NCBI RefSeq assembly: GCF_018977255.1
Contig: NW_024704742.1
Coordinates: 103,976,001-104,040,000, forward strand
DNA from: Callorhinchus milii
Taxonomy: Eukaryota
DNA: 64,000 nt
Reading direction: 5' to 3'
Made by a program: the position numbers and the translations under genes. The notes under the pieces are model-generated. The model was not told where the DNA came from. It searched no databases and saw nothing but the letters and a program-made list of their open reading frames with translations. Positions 50,279 to 64,000 of the stretch are shown in pieces (the first letter of the stretch is position 1; every line of letters starts with the position of its first letter).

Positions 50279-51721
50279 ATGATTACTCCCCTGTACAAAA
50301 AGGGGCAGAAGGACAAACCTGGGAACTACAGGCCAGTCAGCCTAACATCAGGAGTGGGGAAACTCCTGGAGACTATAATCCGGAACAGAATAAATCTTCA
50401 CTTAGAAAAATATGGGTTAATTAGGGACAGGCAGCACAGATTTGTTAAAGGCAAATCTTGTCTAACAAATCTGATAGAATTTTTCGATGAGGTAACGGAG
50501 AGGGTGGATGAAGGTAGTGCAGTCGATGTAGTTTATATCGACTTTCAAAAGGAATTTGACGAAGTGCCACATAAAAGACTTGTAAGAAAAATAGAAGCCC
50601 ATGGTATAAAAGGGACAGTGGCAGCTTGGATCCAGAAGTGGCTGGGAGACAGAAAGCACAGAGTTGTGGTGAAAGGTTGCTTTTCTGACTGGAGGTAAGT
50701 GTACAGTGGTGTCCCCCAGGGATCGGTATTGGGACCACTGTTCTTAATATATATATATAAATGATCTGGACTTGGGTATAGCAAGTACCATTTCCCAGTT
50801 TGCAGATGACACCAAATTAGGTAGGGTGGTAAACAGTGAGAAGGATAGGAGTTAACTGCAGGAAGACATAGACAGAATGGTAAAATGGGCAGACACATGG
50901 CAGATGAGTTTCAATGTGGAGAAATGCGAGGTAATGCATTTTGAAAGAAAGAATGAGGGGAGGCAATACAGGCTGGTAATACAATCTTAAGGGGGGTAAA
51001 AGAACAGAGAGACCTGGGGTGCAGGTAAATGAAAACTTGAAGGTGGCAGGACAGGTAGATAAGGCCGTAAAAAGAACAAGTGGAATTCTAGGCTTTATAA
51101 ATAGGGGCACAGAGTACAAGTCAGGAGGTTATGATTAACCGATATAAAACACTGGTTAGGCCTCAGTTAGAATACTGTGCCCAGTTCTGGGCACCACACT
51201 GTAGGAAGGATGTTAAGGTATTGGAAAGGGTGCAGAGGAGATTTACGAGGATGGTACCAGGACTGAGGGACCTTGATTATGAGGAAAGGCTAGAGAGGCT
51301 TGGATTATTGTCATTGGAGCAGAGAAGGTTACGAGGAGACCTAATAGAGGTCTTCAAAATCATGAGGGGATTTGATAGGTTAGAAAGGGAAAAACTGTTT
51401 CCACTGGTGGGTGTGTTGTTGACTTGAGGTCACAGATTTAAGATAGTTTCTAAAAGAAGCAGAGGAGAGGTGAGAAGAATTTTTTTCACGCAGCGGGTTG
51501 TTCGAATCTGGAACGCATTGCCTGAAAGGGTGGTGGAGGCCGATTCGATAACAACTTTTAAAAACGCGGTGGATGGGTATTTGAGGAGGACGGGTTTGCA
51601 GGGTTGGGGGGAAAGGGCTTGGGAGTGGGATTGACATTACATTGCTCTTTTCATAGATCCGGCACAGACTCGATGGGCTGAATGGCCTCTTTTTGTGCTG
51701 TACGATTCTATGATTCTATGA
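50279..51721 (+). mobile_element. CR1-clade LINE ORF2 3' half (degenerate) in APC intron 4
   Basis: [41 protein letters not shown] and LVRPQLEYCAQFWAP motifs; ends in the (ATTCTATG)n octamer tail typical of CR1. Confidence 0.92.
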
Positions 51722-51954
51722 AATACTCTATCCGGAATCTAAAACAATGTTTAAATTTCTGCCAATGTACTTGGTCTGAATTTAAATTAGCTGAAAAAGT
51801 TAAACACACACTTTATAACAATCTGATAAAATAATTAGTGTAAAATCCAAGCTTACTTGGTTAATGAAATTCAGGAAATGACATTTTTAAATTACATGCT
51901 AGCATCTGTTTGATTACCTCTATGCTATATCCGCATAAATCAAATGGAACTTAC

Positions 51955-52063
51955 ATTTTCTATAAGAGGGAGATTATCGATCCGCTTAGTGAGATTCTGA
52001 AGTTGTGCATAGTACCAATCCTTTTCCTTCTCTTCCTTTTCAATCTCAGCCAGTAACAAAGAC
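51955..52063 (-). CDS. APC: APC legacy exon 4, 109 bp
   Basis: tgtcag|G TCT TTG...GAA AAT|gtaagt; SLLLAEIEKEEKEKDWYYAQLQNLTKRIDNLPLIEN. Confidence 0.96.
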
Positions 52064-55000
52064 CTGACAAAGAATACATCTGAATTAGAATGTAGTTTGT
52101 TCAGTGGCAATACAGTTCAAGGGGACCCAAATGTTAGCATTAGCACTTTTCAGCTGAAAGCTTATTTTGGATAATGAAGAAAATATGATGAAAATATACT
52201 TTTACTTCTCTGCTTTCTTTCACTGGAAACCCATATCCTTTTGTCTCAGGCTGTTCCTGTAATATATACTATGGGAGGAGCACGTTTAGCTGGAGTTCCT
52301 ACATTGAGTTAAATAAAGACAGTCCTTTGAAAATTCTGTACCAGTAAATATACAGCCAATACTGCACAACAGTGATGAACACATCCCACTAACCATTTAG
52401 CTAGTTATTTCCCAGGGAGTGAGACAGTTGGCCACAAGTAGCTGTGAATCATTATATACAAACAACCCTTTGCATTGTCTACGTTGAAAGCCAGTTATTT
52501 CATTAAGACACCTATATTCCTGATGAGGATGTACGAAAAGTATGGATGGCCAGTTTAAGATAGATACATGAAATCACTAATGGGGTGTTGTGTCACCCAA
52601 ATTTAATGGGGTGTTGTGTCACCCAAATTAATCACTGCAAACAATTCTAGCAACAAAACTGCACACACCACTTCTGGCTGATTCGCCCCAGACAATACAG
52701 TTATCTAGATCTCTATCTCCTGTAAGTAACTGTTCAAATGACATTCGCTATAGCTTTATGAACCAATTCTTGGGGTATTGATAGGTTCTCGGAAAATCTG
52801 TTTTGCCCACAAGCAGTAATGAATACATTCTATAAGTCTATTTCTGTTCCTAGTCACCCAGCAAGGTCAAGTTTGTCAAACCATACAGTACCCATATATT
52901 TGCGTTTAATTGCCATGAGCAATGGCACAAAGCATAGAACTGTTGATGAACTGGCCAATGTGTGTGAATGTTTGTGTGTATGTGTGCATGTGTTCTGCAA
53001 GACAGGTGGATGAGGAGGGCTATCAATACAATATTTAAAATTGTACACATGAATAAAACTACACATATGGATAAAACCTAATCAATTTACGTGGGCTGTT
53101 ATGTATTACCCATTTCATAGGGATTTTTTTTACAGAAATGAAAGCAATATCGATTCCAGTAAAACTGGTTTGTATTTTTTTAAGAAATGGTATGAAGAGC
53201 AAGACCAAGACAGATAGGGCATTAAATTTAGCTTCTTATTGTCTCAGAATTAGAATGGCAATTTAAAAAAATTACAAAGGAATATGATTTGTCTCTTTGG
53301 ATTCTGTTCCCCAATTTTCTTTTTTATTACTCTTTATAGTAAGCCTTAGTAATACTAACACCAGTGGGAGCCTGGTTTGGAAGAAACTGCTACAATGGAT
53401 CATGCAAGAAAGGTTTTTACATCAACGGAGACCATTAATTCAGAATGCTTCCTTTCCCTTATATGGTTATGCTAAACCATTGTGTGTAATATTGCCACAA
53501 AGCACGAAAACAGCTAACACCTAATTACACATTAATCTCCAAAGAAAGCAGTACACAATATATTCATGGCATCACTCTCAAACATCAATCATATTGAAAC
53601 ACAGTACTGTACTGATTTGTCTCTCAAGGTGGTTCAATAGTCCTAATGAAATTAACTGACTCATGGCTCCTGCTTCCTGCTTTTTGCTTCCTCTCAGTAC
53701 AATCTCTATTCTCTTCCCAGCTCCTGTTTTGGCTCTATCCAATCTCCATATCTTTGAACCAATATCTAGGCTTTAAAGCTGTTGTCTCAGCTGTGCCTGC
53801 TCTGCTTTCAAACTGTTGAAGTTTAAGAGGATATTAATGTATTTTAAGGATACTTACCGGAAAGAAGAATATTTTTATTTTAAAAATTACTGGTCTTACA
53901 AAGAAATTATAAGTGCTAGAATTGGAAGTCAATGTCAACCAGCAGTGAAACATTGACATTTCAAGTACAAATGGCCAAAATCCATTTGCCACAATTTTTT
54001 TTATTGTGCTAGTTTTTTTCCTCAGATAGGAAAGAGAAAACAAAACAATACTTGTATTTTCTAGCATCTTGCCACATTGCCACTTCACATATAATTTTTG
54101 TCAGGTGCAGTAACTGTTTTTATGGGCTATCAGAAGCTATTGCACCATCAAGGTCTCAGAACAGCCATCATATGATTGACACAGGATTGTTGGCCAAGTC
54201 ACCGGGAGAAACAATCTTTTTTTAATCATGTCATGGGAACAAGTAGATAATACTCTTCGCAATTGCAGCATTGCACCCCAATGAAGACAACCTCCCAGTC
54301 ATCTCTAAATGCTCCCAGGTTTACTTGGTAACACAAATGTTCTCCCTCTTCCTGTGGGATTCTGGTCACAACTCTCTCTCTCCCCCCGTCTCCACTGCGC
54401 ACCTCCCCACCCCCAACACACACATACACAAAATTTATAGGTAGGAAACATTTAGCGGCCGTCTGGGTAAGTAAAGCAAACATTTTGAAAATAGTTTTAC
54501 TGTTCATTGGAATGGATTGGATCAAAAATCTCCATTGCAATGGGAGTTACCACTTACCACCTTCAAAAAATGAATTAAAATTTTAGAAACAAGCATAGCC
54601 CTTCAAATGTATTTCAGTAAATTTTACATTTCCAGAGCTATGATTTATTGGGTCAAGATATTACTAATGAAACTGAAATTAAAGCTCACGGGTTTGAAGC
54701 CTTTGTGTAGCTTGTTGTTCTGGTCCTACATATTAACCATAGGACATTTTTATTACATTATGTTTATAAAGCACGAATGAGAAATCAGTGTTGCAACCAA
54801 TGAAAGCTGGAAAAATATCCACATTTAAACAAAATCTAATTTTAGCCAGAGCGTCTGATCCAAACTCTATCCCAGCACTCAGCAAGGGTGGAACTGAGTG
54901 GAATGAGACTTTCATGTGTAATGACCTAAAAAGCAAAAGCAAGTAGAGCTACTACTTAGGCAGAAGAGAACAAAAAAAACCTTTTAATGCTGGTATCTGC

Positions 55001-57186
55001 ATGCTCTGCATTATAAAATCCTATCAAAATTGTGCTTCAGAACAGTACTTATCACATTTTTAAATTGTTGTTTTTCATTGGTAATTAAATGTTTCCATGA
55101 CACATGGCAAAAATTATAGCTGCTTAGTGTTGTGAAGCAACACTTCAAAATGGTGTGCGAACAACTGTGAACATAAAATAGCTCTTACTGAGACAGTCCT
55201 TCAGCGGCTTAACTGTCACATTTTACTTCATCTGTAGCCTCTGGATGGAGTGAGTGTTTAAAAGATTTTTTCTTTTAAAAAGAAAACGAATACTGCCATG
55301 CACCCTTTGAAAATCAGGAATGTGGAAACAAATTATTTCCTATACACATGGCTGATTCTTTATGCAGCACCATCCTCTCAACAGAGCTCGGGGCAAACCA
55401 TGTGCATGGTGTTGCACTGATATAGCCAAAGATCTGATCAGTACAAAAATCCTTGCAGAAATCAGTGCTGAAATAACCTTGAATTTGTTAGATGAAGCAG
55501 TAAATGGTGCCCAATTCAATTTGTTTCAAATGAACAAAATGCCTCAAGTACCTAATGTTACATTACCTATCTCAGGCTATGTAGTTCTTATTCTTTAAAA
55601 GCTCAACCAACGCAGCACTAAACTAATATTGACAGAAAGTTGCTGGTTTGATTCCTGGTATGTGCTGAGTTAGCTGCTTTCAGTCAGGGAAGCAATGCTC
55701 CAAATGGCCTCAGTGACCCTGAGCTACAGAGATTGAATTCCAATATCCAGTAACTTCTTCCAGAAAGTTTTGAGGCATTGATGTCTACATGACTGTATGC
55801 GTGCGCGTGTGTGCGCGCGTGCGCGTTGGGGGGTGGGGGGAACTAATCAAAACTCTGTTCTTTTAAGAAAATCATACTTTCTTATATAGGTTATCAGATG
55901 ATGTTTCCTAACTCCATTCACATAAAATCTTATTATGAGCTATTCCCTGGAGCCAGAGAGATCAAGACCCCCAAGCTCCAGTATTATTTTGGCCTGTGTG
56001 TCTGACAAACAATAAAGCAGTTCTAAACCATAGTACATCAGGAAGGTAATATAGGTAGACTAAGAGTGATGTAAAGCAGCAGCAATTCTTTCAAGGAATG
56101 AGCAAGACTTGCCCTTGGTAGATAATTTACCACCTTTCCTTAGTTACATATCAAAGCAGTACAAGAATTGGCAGTGAAACTGAAGAACTTTAGTTTGAGG
56201 GTTCTTAGGCCAATATGAAGCAAAGTGTTTTACTACCTTCAGTTGTCAAGATGAGGCAATAATTTGATGTAAATATATGCATAGTGCTTCAGATCACAGC
56301 CATGTAGAAGGCTTAAACAAAGCCTTTTCACTGTGCAGATCGAACAAACATTTAACTTTCTCTGATCAGTCCTTTCCACCACTCCCCTCATCCAAGAGGG
56401 GGGCAGAAAAACCTCTTAATCTCAGGTCAGTGTTGGGTTTACTTTGAAACATGTTTCAGAAGAAAAACATCTTACTGCATTGCTGTAACTATGTCTACTT
56501 CTAAGGTTAGTGAGCTGTACACATTCAATATAAGACGTTTGTGAAATTATGGAAACAAAACATGAAGGAAAAGAGAATGTGAAAGTGGTGTGTGTACTAA
56601 ATAGGAAAGAAATTCTAGACATAATAGATCTACAAACGTGACTGAAACGGATCAGTTTCAACACCAATTAGAGTGATGTACAGTAAACACATGATCACAT
56701 TCATTTAAAGCACAAGATGTGAGCCCCTTTTAACTTTGGAAATATTTCATCAAAGGAGCTACAGTACTTTCGGAAACAAGCCCTTCATTGATATCTTTGC
56801 ATCACAGAGCATCAAGATGCTTGTTCTTGTATAGCTGATCAGTACCTACATTAAGGCTGCTCGTGATGTCAAGCCACAGGACACTGATCACGTCATTTGC
56901 ATCGACATTTAACCACTTTTGTTTCTCCTGTTGTTTCACGTTTCTCTCTGTTACGCAGTTGCCTCTCATGATGACTGAGGATATGAATGTTCATGCAGCA
57001 GTCTTTTCCATAGCTATCCTTCCAGTCAATGACAAAAGGCCACCATTTTAAGATAGTTAGCAAGGTACCAAAGGGAGAGAATAGGAAGATTTTTTCCCAC
57101 AATTCCTTGGATGTGGAATGGTTGAGGTGGTTAAGGCAGGATCCATAACCATGTTCATCTCCAAATCAAGGAGGAATGGTACTGGA

Positions 57187-57561
57187 AATAATAATAACCC
57201 TTGCATTTGATATAGCACCTTATCACATCTTCGGGATGTCTCAAAGCGCATCACAGAATATACTCTAAAGTGAATTGACTCTATATTTTGTGGACAAAAC
57301 ACGGCAGCCAATTGCGCATAGCAGTATCCTACAATCATGGATTTAGTGACCAATTCATTATTTTTTTTTGAAGGAATTATTATCCCGGAAAAACGATCCA
57401 CCAATCGACTAACAACTAGGTAGCACAGTAGGTTTCCTACTTACTGCTAGGTAAACAGAGGCGTGTGGAGTAAAGAAACTTGCCCAACATTTCGCCCCAC
57501 CAGGAATCAAACCCAGGTCTCTCGCTTGCGAGGCGAGTGCTCTAACCAATGAGCTACAGGA
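57187..57561 (-). mobile_element. Full-length tRNA SINE
   Basis: A/B boxes, central body, L2-like tail and (TTA)n. Tail-only copies occur at about 3565-3633, 5218-5352, 9253-9440, 29775-29878, 46727-46825, 58298-58400 and 61915-61970. Confidence 0.88.
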
Positions 57562-59086
57562 TAAGTTAGGAGAAAAGATATTAACAAAGAGTTGGTATCA
57601 CTATCATACTGTCCTTTGGTTTTGCATGCAAATTTAATCCAGTTCAGACAAAGAATCAAAGATTCATCTCTGGGCAACGTTACAACTGAAAGATATTGGT
57701 AGTTGAAATCCAGTTTCTGCTGATTAACTGACACAACTGATTTTTTTCAGTCAGTTGGGTGTCTGACACATGCGGAAATCCATAACCATGTTTAAGAGTA
57801 TCCAAACCAAACAGAGTTCCATGCATCCCCACCTATACGGGGAAATTCCAGAGATGATTTGCTGGAATGGAATGCACATTCTCTCCCTGCTTACCTAATT
57901 TCAGAAAGTATCAGGCACAGCTTAGCAAAAGCCAAGGCTTGGGGACCCTAGAGTGTGCATTGGTACTGCTGGAGTCTAACCAGCTAAAACCACATAGTTT
58001 GCCATTGCTGGGTTAATCAGAGCTGAGTGGGATGATTCCCTGCCCCTAGTGACTGGTCTGCCCTTCCAGGTCCTGCCGATGAGTTAGGCTGTCGTCAGCA
58101 CTGGCCTGGAATACTACGGACCCAGACTACTCAGGAACTGAACTGGACTACCGAGACCGCCAGAGAGAGGGATAGTCACTTGTTGATCATTTGACATCCG
58201 GCATGCGTGGGTTTGAGCCTTCACTTGATGGATGGCAGACAGATGACACAACTGACATTCTAGGCCACAATGAATACCGCAAAGTACAATCATCATTTTG
58301 CCCACAAAATATACAGTCAATTCACTTTAGAGAATATTCTGTGATTTGAGAAGTCTCCAAGATGTGAAAAGGCGCTATATCAAATTCAATTATTATTATT
58401 GCATAATTTATTAAAAGTATACTATATAAACTCAAAACTGTTTATTATTATAATTAACTGGAAATTTTTACCAGGAGACCCTTCCAAGTGTGCACAGTTG
58501 AATTATTTATGCCCTATTTCATACTGTGCTAGAATTGATGTTATACAATATAATTCATCCTGCATAAACACGCCTGACTCCTCAAAATGTCAAAACTAAC
58601 CTTGTCACATCTATCATGTGACCATGCTGATCTTTACATTTGTAGCACTTTGGCTGAAACAGCAGCATTTACAGACAATTTTGTTCCAGAAGCTAGTTTT
58701 TCCAGGGTTGATTCCACTTCTAAAATGTAACATGGGAAGGGCAAATAACTGGTATTTTTAATGTCATGGAAAAAGGAGATTATATTACTTGGATAAAATA
58801 AACAAAGTAAATGGAGGCAATTGAAACATGGTACCCAGAGTTTACAATTCTTAAACAAAATTAAGTATTAAGCATTTAAATGGGGCTTATTACAACATCA
58901 AAAAAGCTATTTCTGACAGTTATTCTGCAACTATAATATGAATATTTCTGCAGTAGTGAATGATCTGAAAACTTAGCAAGTCAGGCCAGAAACATTGACA
59001 TGTCCCAGGACATGCCAGCAGTCTAAGAGTTAATAGCAAATACATTTTCTTGCAATAACAGAAGGATTGTAAAAAATAAGATTTAC

Positions 59087-59288
59087 CTCTCTTTTTCCAG
59101 CTCTTCTAAATAGCCAGTGCCTTCTCGGCCTCCATTGACAAAACCTCTTCTTGGAACTGAACTCCCTGGAACAGGGCTACATTCTCCTGAACGACCAGAC
59201 ACGGATCCCTCTCGGCTTCCATATGAGTGCAGTGACATCTTAGTCCTTAATTTTATTGCAGGAGAATTCGCACTGTCCAAGTTCAATT
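59087..59288 (-). CDS. APC: APC legacy exon 3, 202 bp (upstream exons not found in the window)
   Basis: tttcag|AA TTG AAC...GAG AG|gtaaat; LNLDSANSPAIKLRTKMSLHSYGSREGSVSGRSGECSPVP...LEELEKER. Confidence 0.96.
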
Positions 59289-59807
59289 CTGAAAGTTAAG
59301 CAACATATATTTTAATAGTCACCATTTGTAAAATTAAATTTGCATTTTTTTAAAATGTAAAATGACATACTTTTTAAAAAATTCAAGAATGATACATCAA
59401 CGTGGACTTATGGAAAGAATGTGAAAAACAATAATTCAGAAAGTCTCAAGGCCGTAGTAATGTTTTGCACCAGTGAATCAAATCTAGTGTATCTATCCAT
59501 TTTGTATATTGCTCATCACCGGTAGGAAATTATTCTGGATAAACAAACTACACTATACTTATGTTTCTTCGTCTTCTCATCTCTGGATGTGAGTGAGGGA
59601 ATTTATTATTTGATTTATAAACAGTCACCTGATGTTGTGAGCAACAATATATCAGATTGTTTTAATATAACACATATAATGTATGTCAGTAAATCAATCC
59701 ACTACAGTTTACCTGCAGCGCTGTTAACAAAAACAACATTTATATAACGCGCTTTACACAGCATAGCATCTCAGAGTGCTGACCCCAATAATGGAAATGA
59801 TTTAGCC

Positions 59808-61040
59808 ACAACAACAAATTGCATTTACAATTGCATCCCCAAATTGCATTTTGGGACAGTCATTTTGGACGTCCCAAAATTGAGGATTTGCACCCAAGCT
59901 GGGGATTGGATTGAGGGTGGGATAGAGAAAAGTTGAATGAAAGTAAGGTCAAAGAGAAAGGTCTTGAGACTGGCGTTGAAGGAGGCGAGGGAAGGGGCAA
60001 GATGGAGATGGAGTGGAGGGAGAATGAGGATGTTGAACACAATCCTCTGGTGAATGGGGAGCCAGTGGAGCCGGGCGAGGATGGGGTGATAGGCTCTCGG
60101 AGCTTGAAGCAGGAGATGACATAAACTGTAGAGTTCTGTATGGTCTGCAGCTCGTGGAGGAAGCAGTTGGGATATCTGATGAGCAGAGAGTTTGCGTATT
60201 CTAGCCTGGACATTATAAAAGGATAAGGATCTCAGCGGCCTGAGAGAGAGGTAGTAGCAGGAGCAGGCAACGTTGTGGAGATGGCAAAATCTGAATAGTT
60301 AAAGAGCATAAATGCGTGTTTTAAAGGACAGATGAGAGTTGAACAAGACATTGAAGTTCCGGATTTGCTCCGTAAGGTAGAGTGCGCACCCATGTAGATT
60401 AATGCTGTACAAAATACTGCAGATGCTGGAAATCTGAAACAAAAACAGAAGTCGCTGGGAACACTCAGCAGGTCAGGCAGCTTCTATGGAGAAAGGAAAG
60501 CGAGTCAATGTTTCGAGTCCATGACCCTTCGTCAGAACGGGTCGTAGGCTCAAAATGTTCTGACGAAGGGTCGTGGACACGAAACGTTGACCCACTTTCC
60601 TTTCTCCATAGATGCTGCCCGACCTGCTGAGCGTCCTCTAGATTAAATAGAGAATAGTCCTAAATAGAGAAGGCGCTGAGGGGAATCAAGCAAAAGAGCC
60701 TCTGTATGGAGAAAGTTAGCTCTCAACCAGCACTTTATGTCTGATAGGCATTTGGTCAGAACAAAAGTGGTCTTGGAATTGTGGGTGGAGGCTGAGAGAT
60801 GGAGCTGGTTGTCATCTGCATAAATTTGTAAGTTAACCCAATGCCTGCAGATAACATCGCCAAATGGGAGCATGTAGATATTAAAGAATAGAGAACCGAG
60901 GATAGAGTCCTGAGAATGTTGCACGTGATGTTGCGGAGGCAGGAGAAGTGGAGAAATGAAGATAGGTAAGAATGATACCAGGAAACGACAGAACTGTGAA
61001 GGTGGAGCTGAGAGGAAAGGTGGTGGAGAAGGATAGAAAG
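59808..61040 (-). mobile_element. Decayed L2 interrupted by a hairpin element
   Basis: SRLEYANSLL and IYADDNQLHL peptides on the minus strand. Confidence 0.75.
60403..60638. mobile_element. Palindromic Penelope-like non-autonomous element with hammerhead-type motifs
   Basis: 75-bp inverted arms at 60464-60538 / 60557-60631; TAGATTAA direct repeats at 60395-60402 and 60639-60646; CTGACGA...CGAAAC cores. Confidence 0.7.
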
Positions 61041-64000
61041 GCTGACAGATAATCCAGAAAGGGTGGCTTTTACTTCAGGTTAATTTAAACCAAGTCTGAA
61101 ATTCCTATGTCACCTTTTAATTTAGTGGGCAGTCTTTCCAGAAAACCTTATTAAACCAATTTGTTTGGGAGTCAGTATATCACTAGTGCAAGAAGTTTGG
61201 TGGAATCTTATTTTATTAACAACATAGCATTATTGAATACCCTGCAACGCAACTACCTATAACTATCAATAATTTTACCATCAAAGAGGAAAATAATCTT
61301 GTATTATAATCACCACACAACAGATCAACCAACAAAAAGCACCTCTTAAATCTGTATTTTGAATATCAGCTGCTCTCTCACAATACAGAGTACAGCTCAA
61401 TAAACCGGAGCTCGATATCGTACATGGAATATAATTCACTAACAAAGTTTGTTGACCAAAATGACCATATACAGTTCCAACAACCTGCTTGTTAGCTATA
61501 AAAACAATGAATTAAAATAATTCCTAACAAACACTTAACAATTCCGACAGTAGATATGTCCCTAATTAAAATCGTATTTTCATAAGCTCAGCTTCTGAAC
61601 TCATTCCTTAAATGTTACAATCCCCTTATGCAATTTTTCTGTTCCCAATATTGTACACTGACCCACTGCATGATCTAAATAGATGAACTAATAAAGGAAT
61701 ACAGCCAAGATAGACAATGATAGAATCAAAATAAATAATGCAATGAACAGCATTATTCATTATTCATTCATTAGAGAACAGCAACCTCTAATGAGAAACT
61801 TTCTTCAGCTTTCTTTTTGCAATATTGACTGCACTGTAGACCGTTAACTACAAGGAGCGTTATCTGCACTGCACTTAATCTGATAGAAATAACATCAGAA
61901 GCACCCTATCACGAATTTGAGACATCTTAAAAGCGCTTCACAGAATACACTGTAAAGCAAATTGACTGTATTATATATATATATATACACACACACACAT
62001 TATTTTCAGCAGGTACATTGCCAACACATGAAATGTCAAGACCATCAATGTAGAAAATGGAAATATTACATTGCTACAGGTTTATATCCTGAGGTTGGTG
62101 TCCAGGCATATTTTTATGGGACAGGGAGTATTGGTAGCATTTACTCAATTTCTAAATCGTGATATACAAACCTAGAAATGGCAGATATGGATATTCTAAG
62201 TCCTATGCACTGGATCAGTGTTGGCTAACCTTTATGGCCAATAAAATAAATATTTCTTGATTGAATATTTCTTGATTTATAGCATAAATCTATGCTATTT
62301 TGTTATTTCTAGGATATTTGGGGCATTCAGTAGTGCACAAATGCACTAGATATTCTGAGTCAAGATGGTTTAACTGGCAGCCCACGGATGCCATCTGGCC
62401 TGGGGGACGATTTCATTCAGATTGTGAACCGTTTTCAACTCCATTGCCCGATTAGTAAATACAGTTCCCAAGCTAATCAGGACACGGTCACTGGGGGCTC
62501 AGGCACAAGAGTGGCTGATCAGGATAAAATATTGCTTATGCTGCCCATGGAATTTCTCAAATCCAGCATCTGGCCCTCAGCAGCCAATAGGTTGGACCAG
62601 CCTGTTCTACATAATCAATATCCCTTCTTGAGCATTCATATTGCTTTACTGACAAGAGAAAAATTCAGAAAACCCAAATTCATTCCAGTGTCAACATTTT
62701 ACTCTTTTGCTGCTGTTTTCATACAACGCACAAATTATAAGTCACATGTTACACATTTCATTTATAAATCTATGTTTGTTTCAAAAGTTGATACTATGCT
62801 GGGATATGACTTTTATGGCTGGCCAACAATTTTTTTTCTTGATTGAATATTTCTTGATTGATGCCATATTCAATCAAGGAAAAACCGAAAACACACTCTT
62901 GACCTACCTAGACTAGTGTGAATGTTCAGGAGGTGCTTCTAGACAGCCCCATGGGCTACAAGGTGGCCACCACTTGTTTAAATATTAATGACAATGGTCT
63001 CTAGCTAAAATTTGCACAGGTAAAGAAATTACACCACAGCTGTATAGTGGTAAAGTGCTGGTTTGTGTGTTGGACTACAACTCTGCCTGCAGCCAGGAAA
63101 TACAAAGAGGTGATTTTAATATATATACATTTATAATATATATACATATATATTTAATATAATGTATATATTATATACATAGATTTAAAAATATGTTGCA
63201 ATGACATGGGTGAACTATTGAGAGTACCAGTCAATGAAATTAAGAACATTAAGCATAAATCCCTTCTACTTTTGCAGATAAATATCACTATAAATAGGGC
63301 ATTAAATAAACCGAAAGCCTGATTTACAAAAATAGAGGATTACAACCAATTAGTGGAACAGTCCTTCTGTTGTCCTTCGTACATTCATGATGTGCTTAGT
63401 ACAATATCAAAGGACACTTGGGATCTTATTCAAAGGATACTTATGATTTCAAATAAAAGGCCTGTATTTTATCAAGCGGACAACAACATTCAGTTATATA
63501 GCCCTCGCCAAACAGGAAAATGCCACAACATGCTTCAGAGTCACTGCCAAAGTAGGGTGGGAACTGACCAAGGGCACAAAACTAGGTTTTTAGAAAGGTT
63601 TTGAGAGTAGAGAGTGATGAAAGGAAAGATTTAGCGTTCCAGGGAGCAGGGCAAAATGGCTGAAAGCCCCACACCAATGGCTGAACTCAGTGTGTGAAAT
63701 TCTTATCCATTCAAGTTTGATTTTTTCAACACCCTCCAAAAGTGTATGTATGCCTTACTAGTTCATTCTTCCAGATTGTCCAGAATTCCACAGACCATGT
63801 CTTTTCCACGCCAGGCTCCACAAGCTCATCATCTCTCTCCATTCTTACCAGGCTTCTCTGGCTCACTATTCCCTTGTAAACTGACATTAAAATCCTTGAT
63901 CTAATCCTCAAATGCCTCCACACCCTCACAATGTGCAGAATTTGGTATGGGTAAGGATGTAGGCAGCAGAGCTTTGAATGAGCTAGACCTTTTTTGATGG

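Noticed and set aside
53850..53865. Consensus donor CCG|gtaagt on the APC strand in intron 3
   Set aside because: No phase-compatible open exon or good acceptor upstream
62216..62976. Degenerate hAT-like terminal inverted repeats and an internal repeat (tttcttgattgaatatttcttgatt twice)
   Set aside because: TIR match is weak and no TSD is visible; cannot be supported without a consensus
59289..64000. APC legacy exons 1-2
   Set aside because: No EVLKQLQGS-like or MAAASYDQLL-like coding sequence found by eye; presumably beyond the window

Overview
Eukaryotic (vertebrate) genomic DNA. The L2, CR1 and tRNA-SINE repeat content and the protein divergence suggest a cartilaginous fish, possibly a chimaera (inference only). 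The window carries the conserved REEP5(+) / SRP19(-) / APC(-) block: the last three coding exons of REEP5 (2416-8641), the complete five-exon SRP19 (18223-13602, 141 aa), and 13 coding exons of APC (legacy exons 3-15, 59288-22323; the 5' exons lie beyond the window). Every listed exon has an AG acceptor and/or GT donor at its spliced edges, and phases join correctly. The giant last APC exon is split by a 1-bp deletion at about 26567, equivalent to human T1430 in the mutation cluster region; this is most likely a consensus error but needs checking. Introns and intergenic DNA are rich in L2 and CR1 LINE fragments, an L2-tailed tRNA SINE and nested insertions. A TSD-flanked 75-bp-arm hairpin element carries minimal hammerhead-ribozyme motifs on both strands (Penelope-like). 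Several candidate alternative-splicing and regulatory signals are reported. Comparisons with human or other species are from recall and were not searched.
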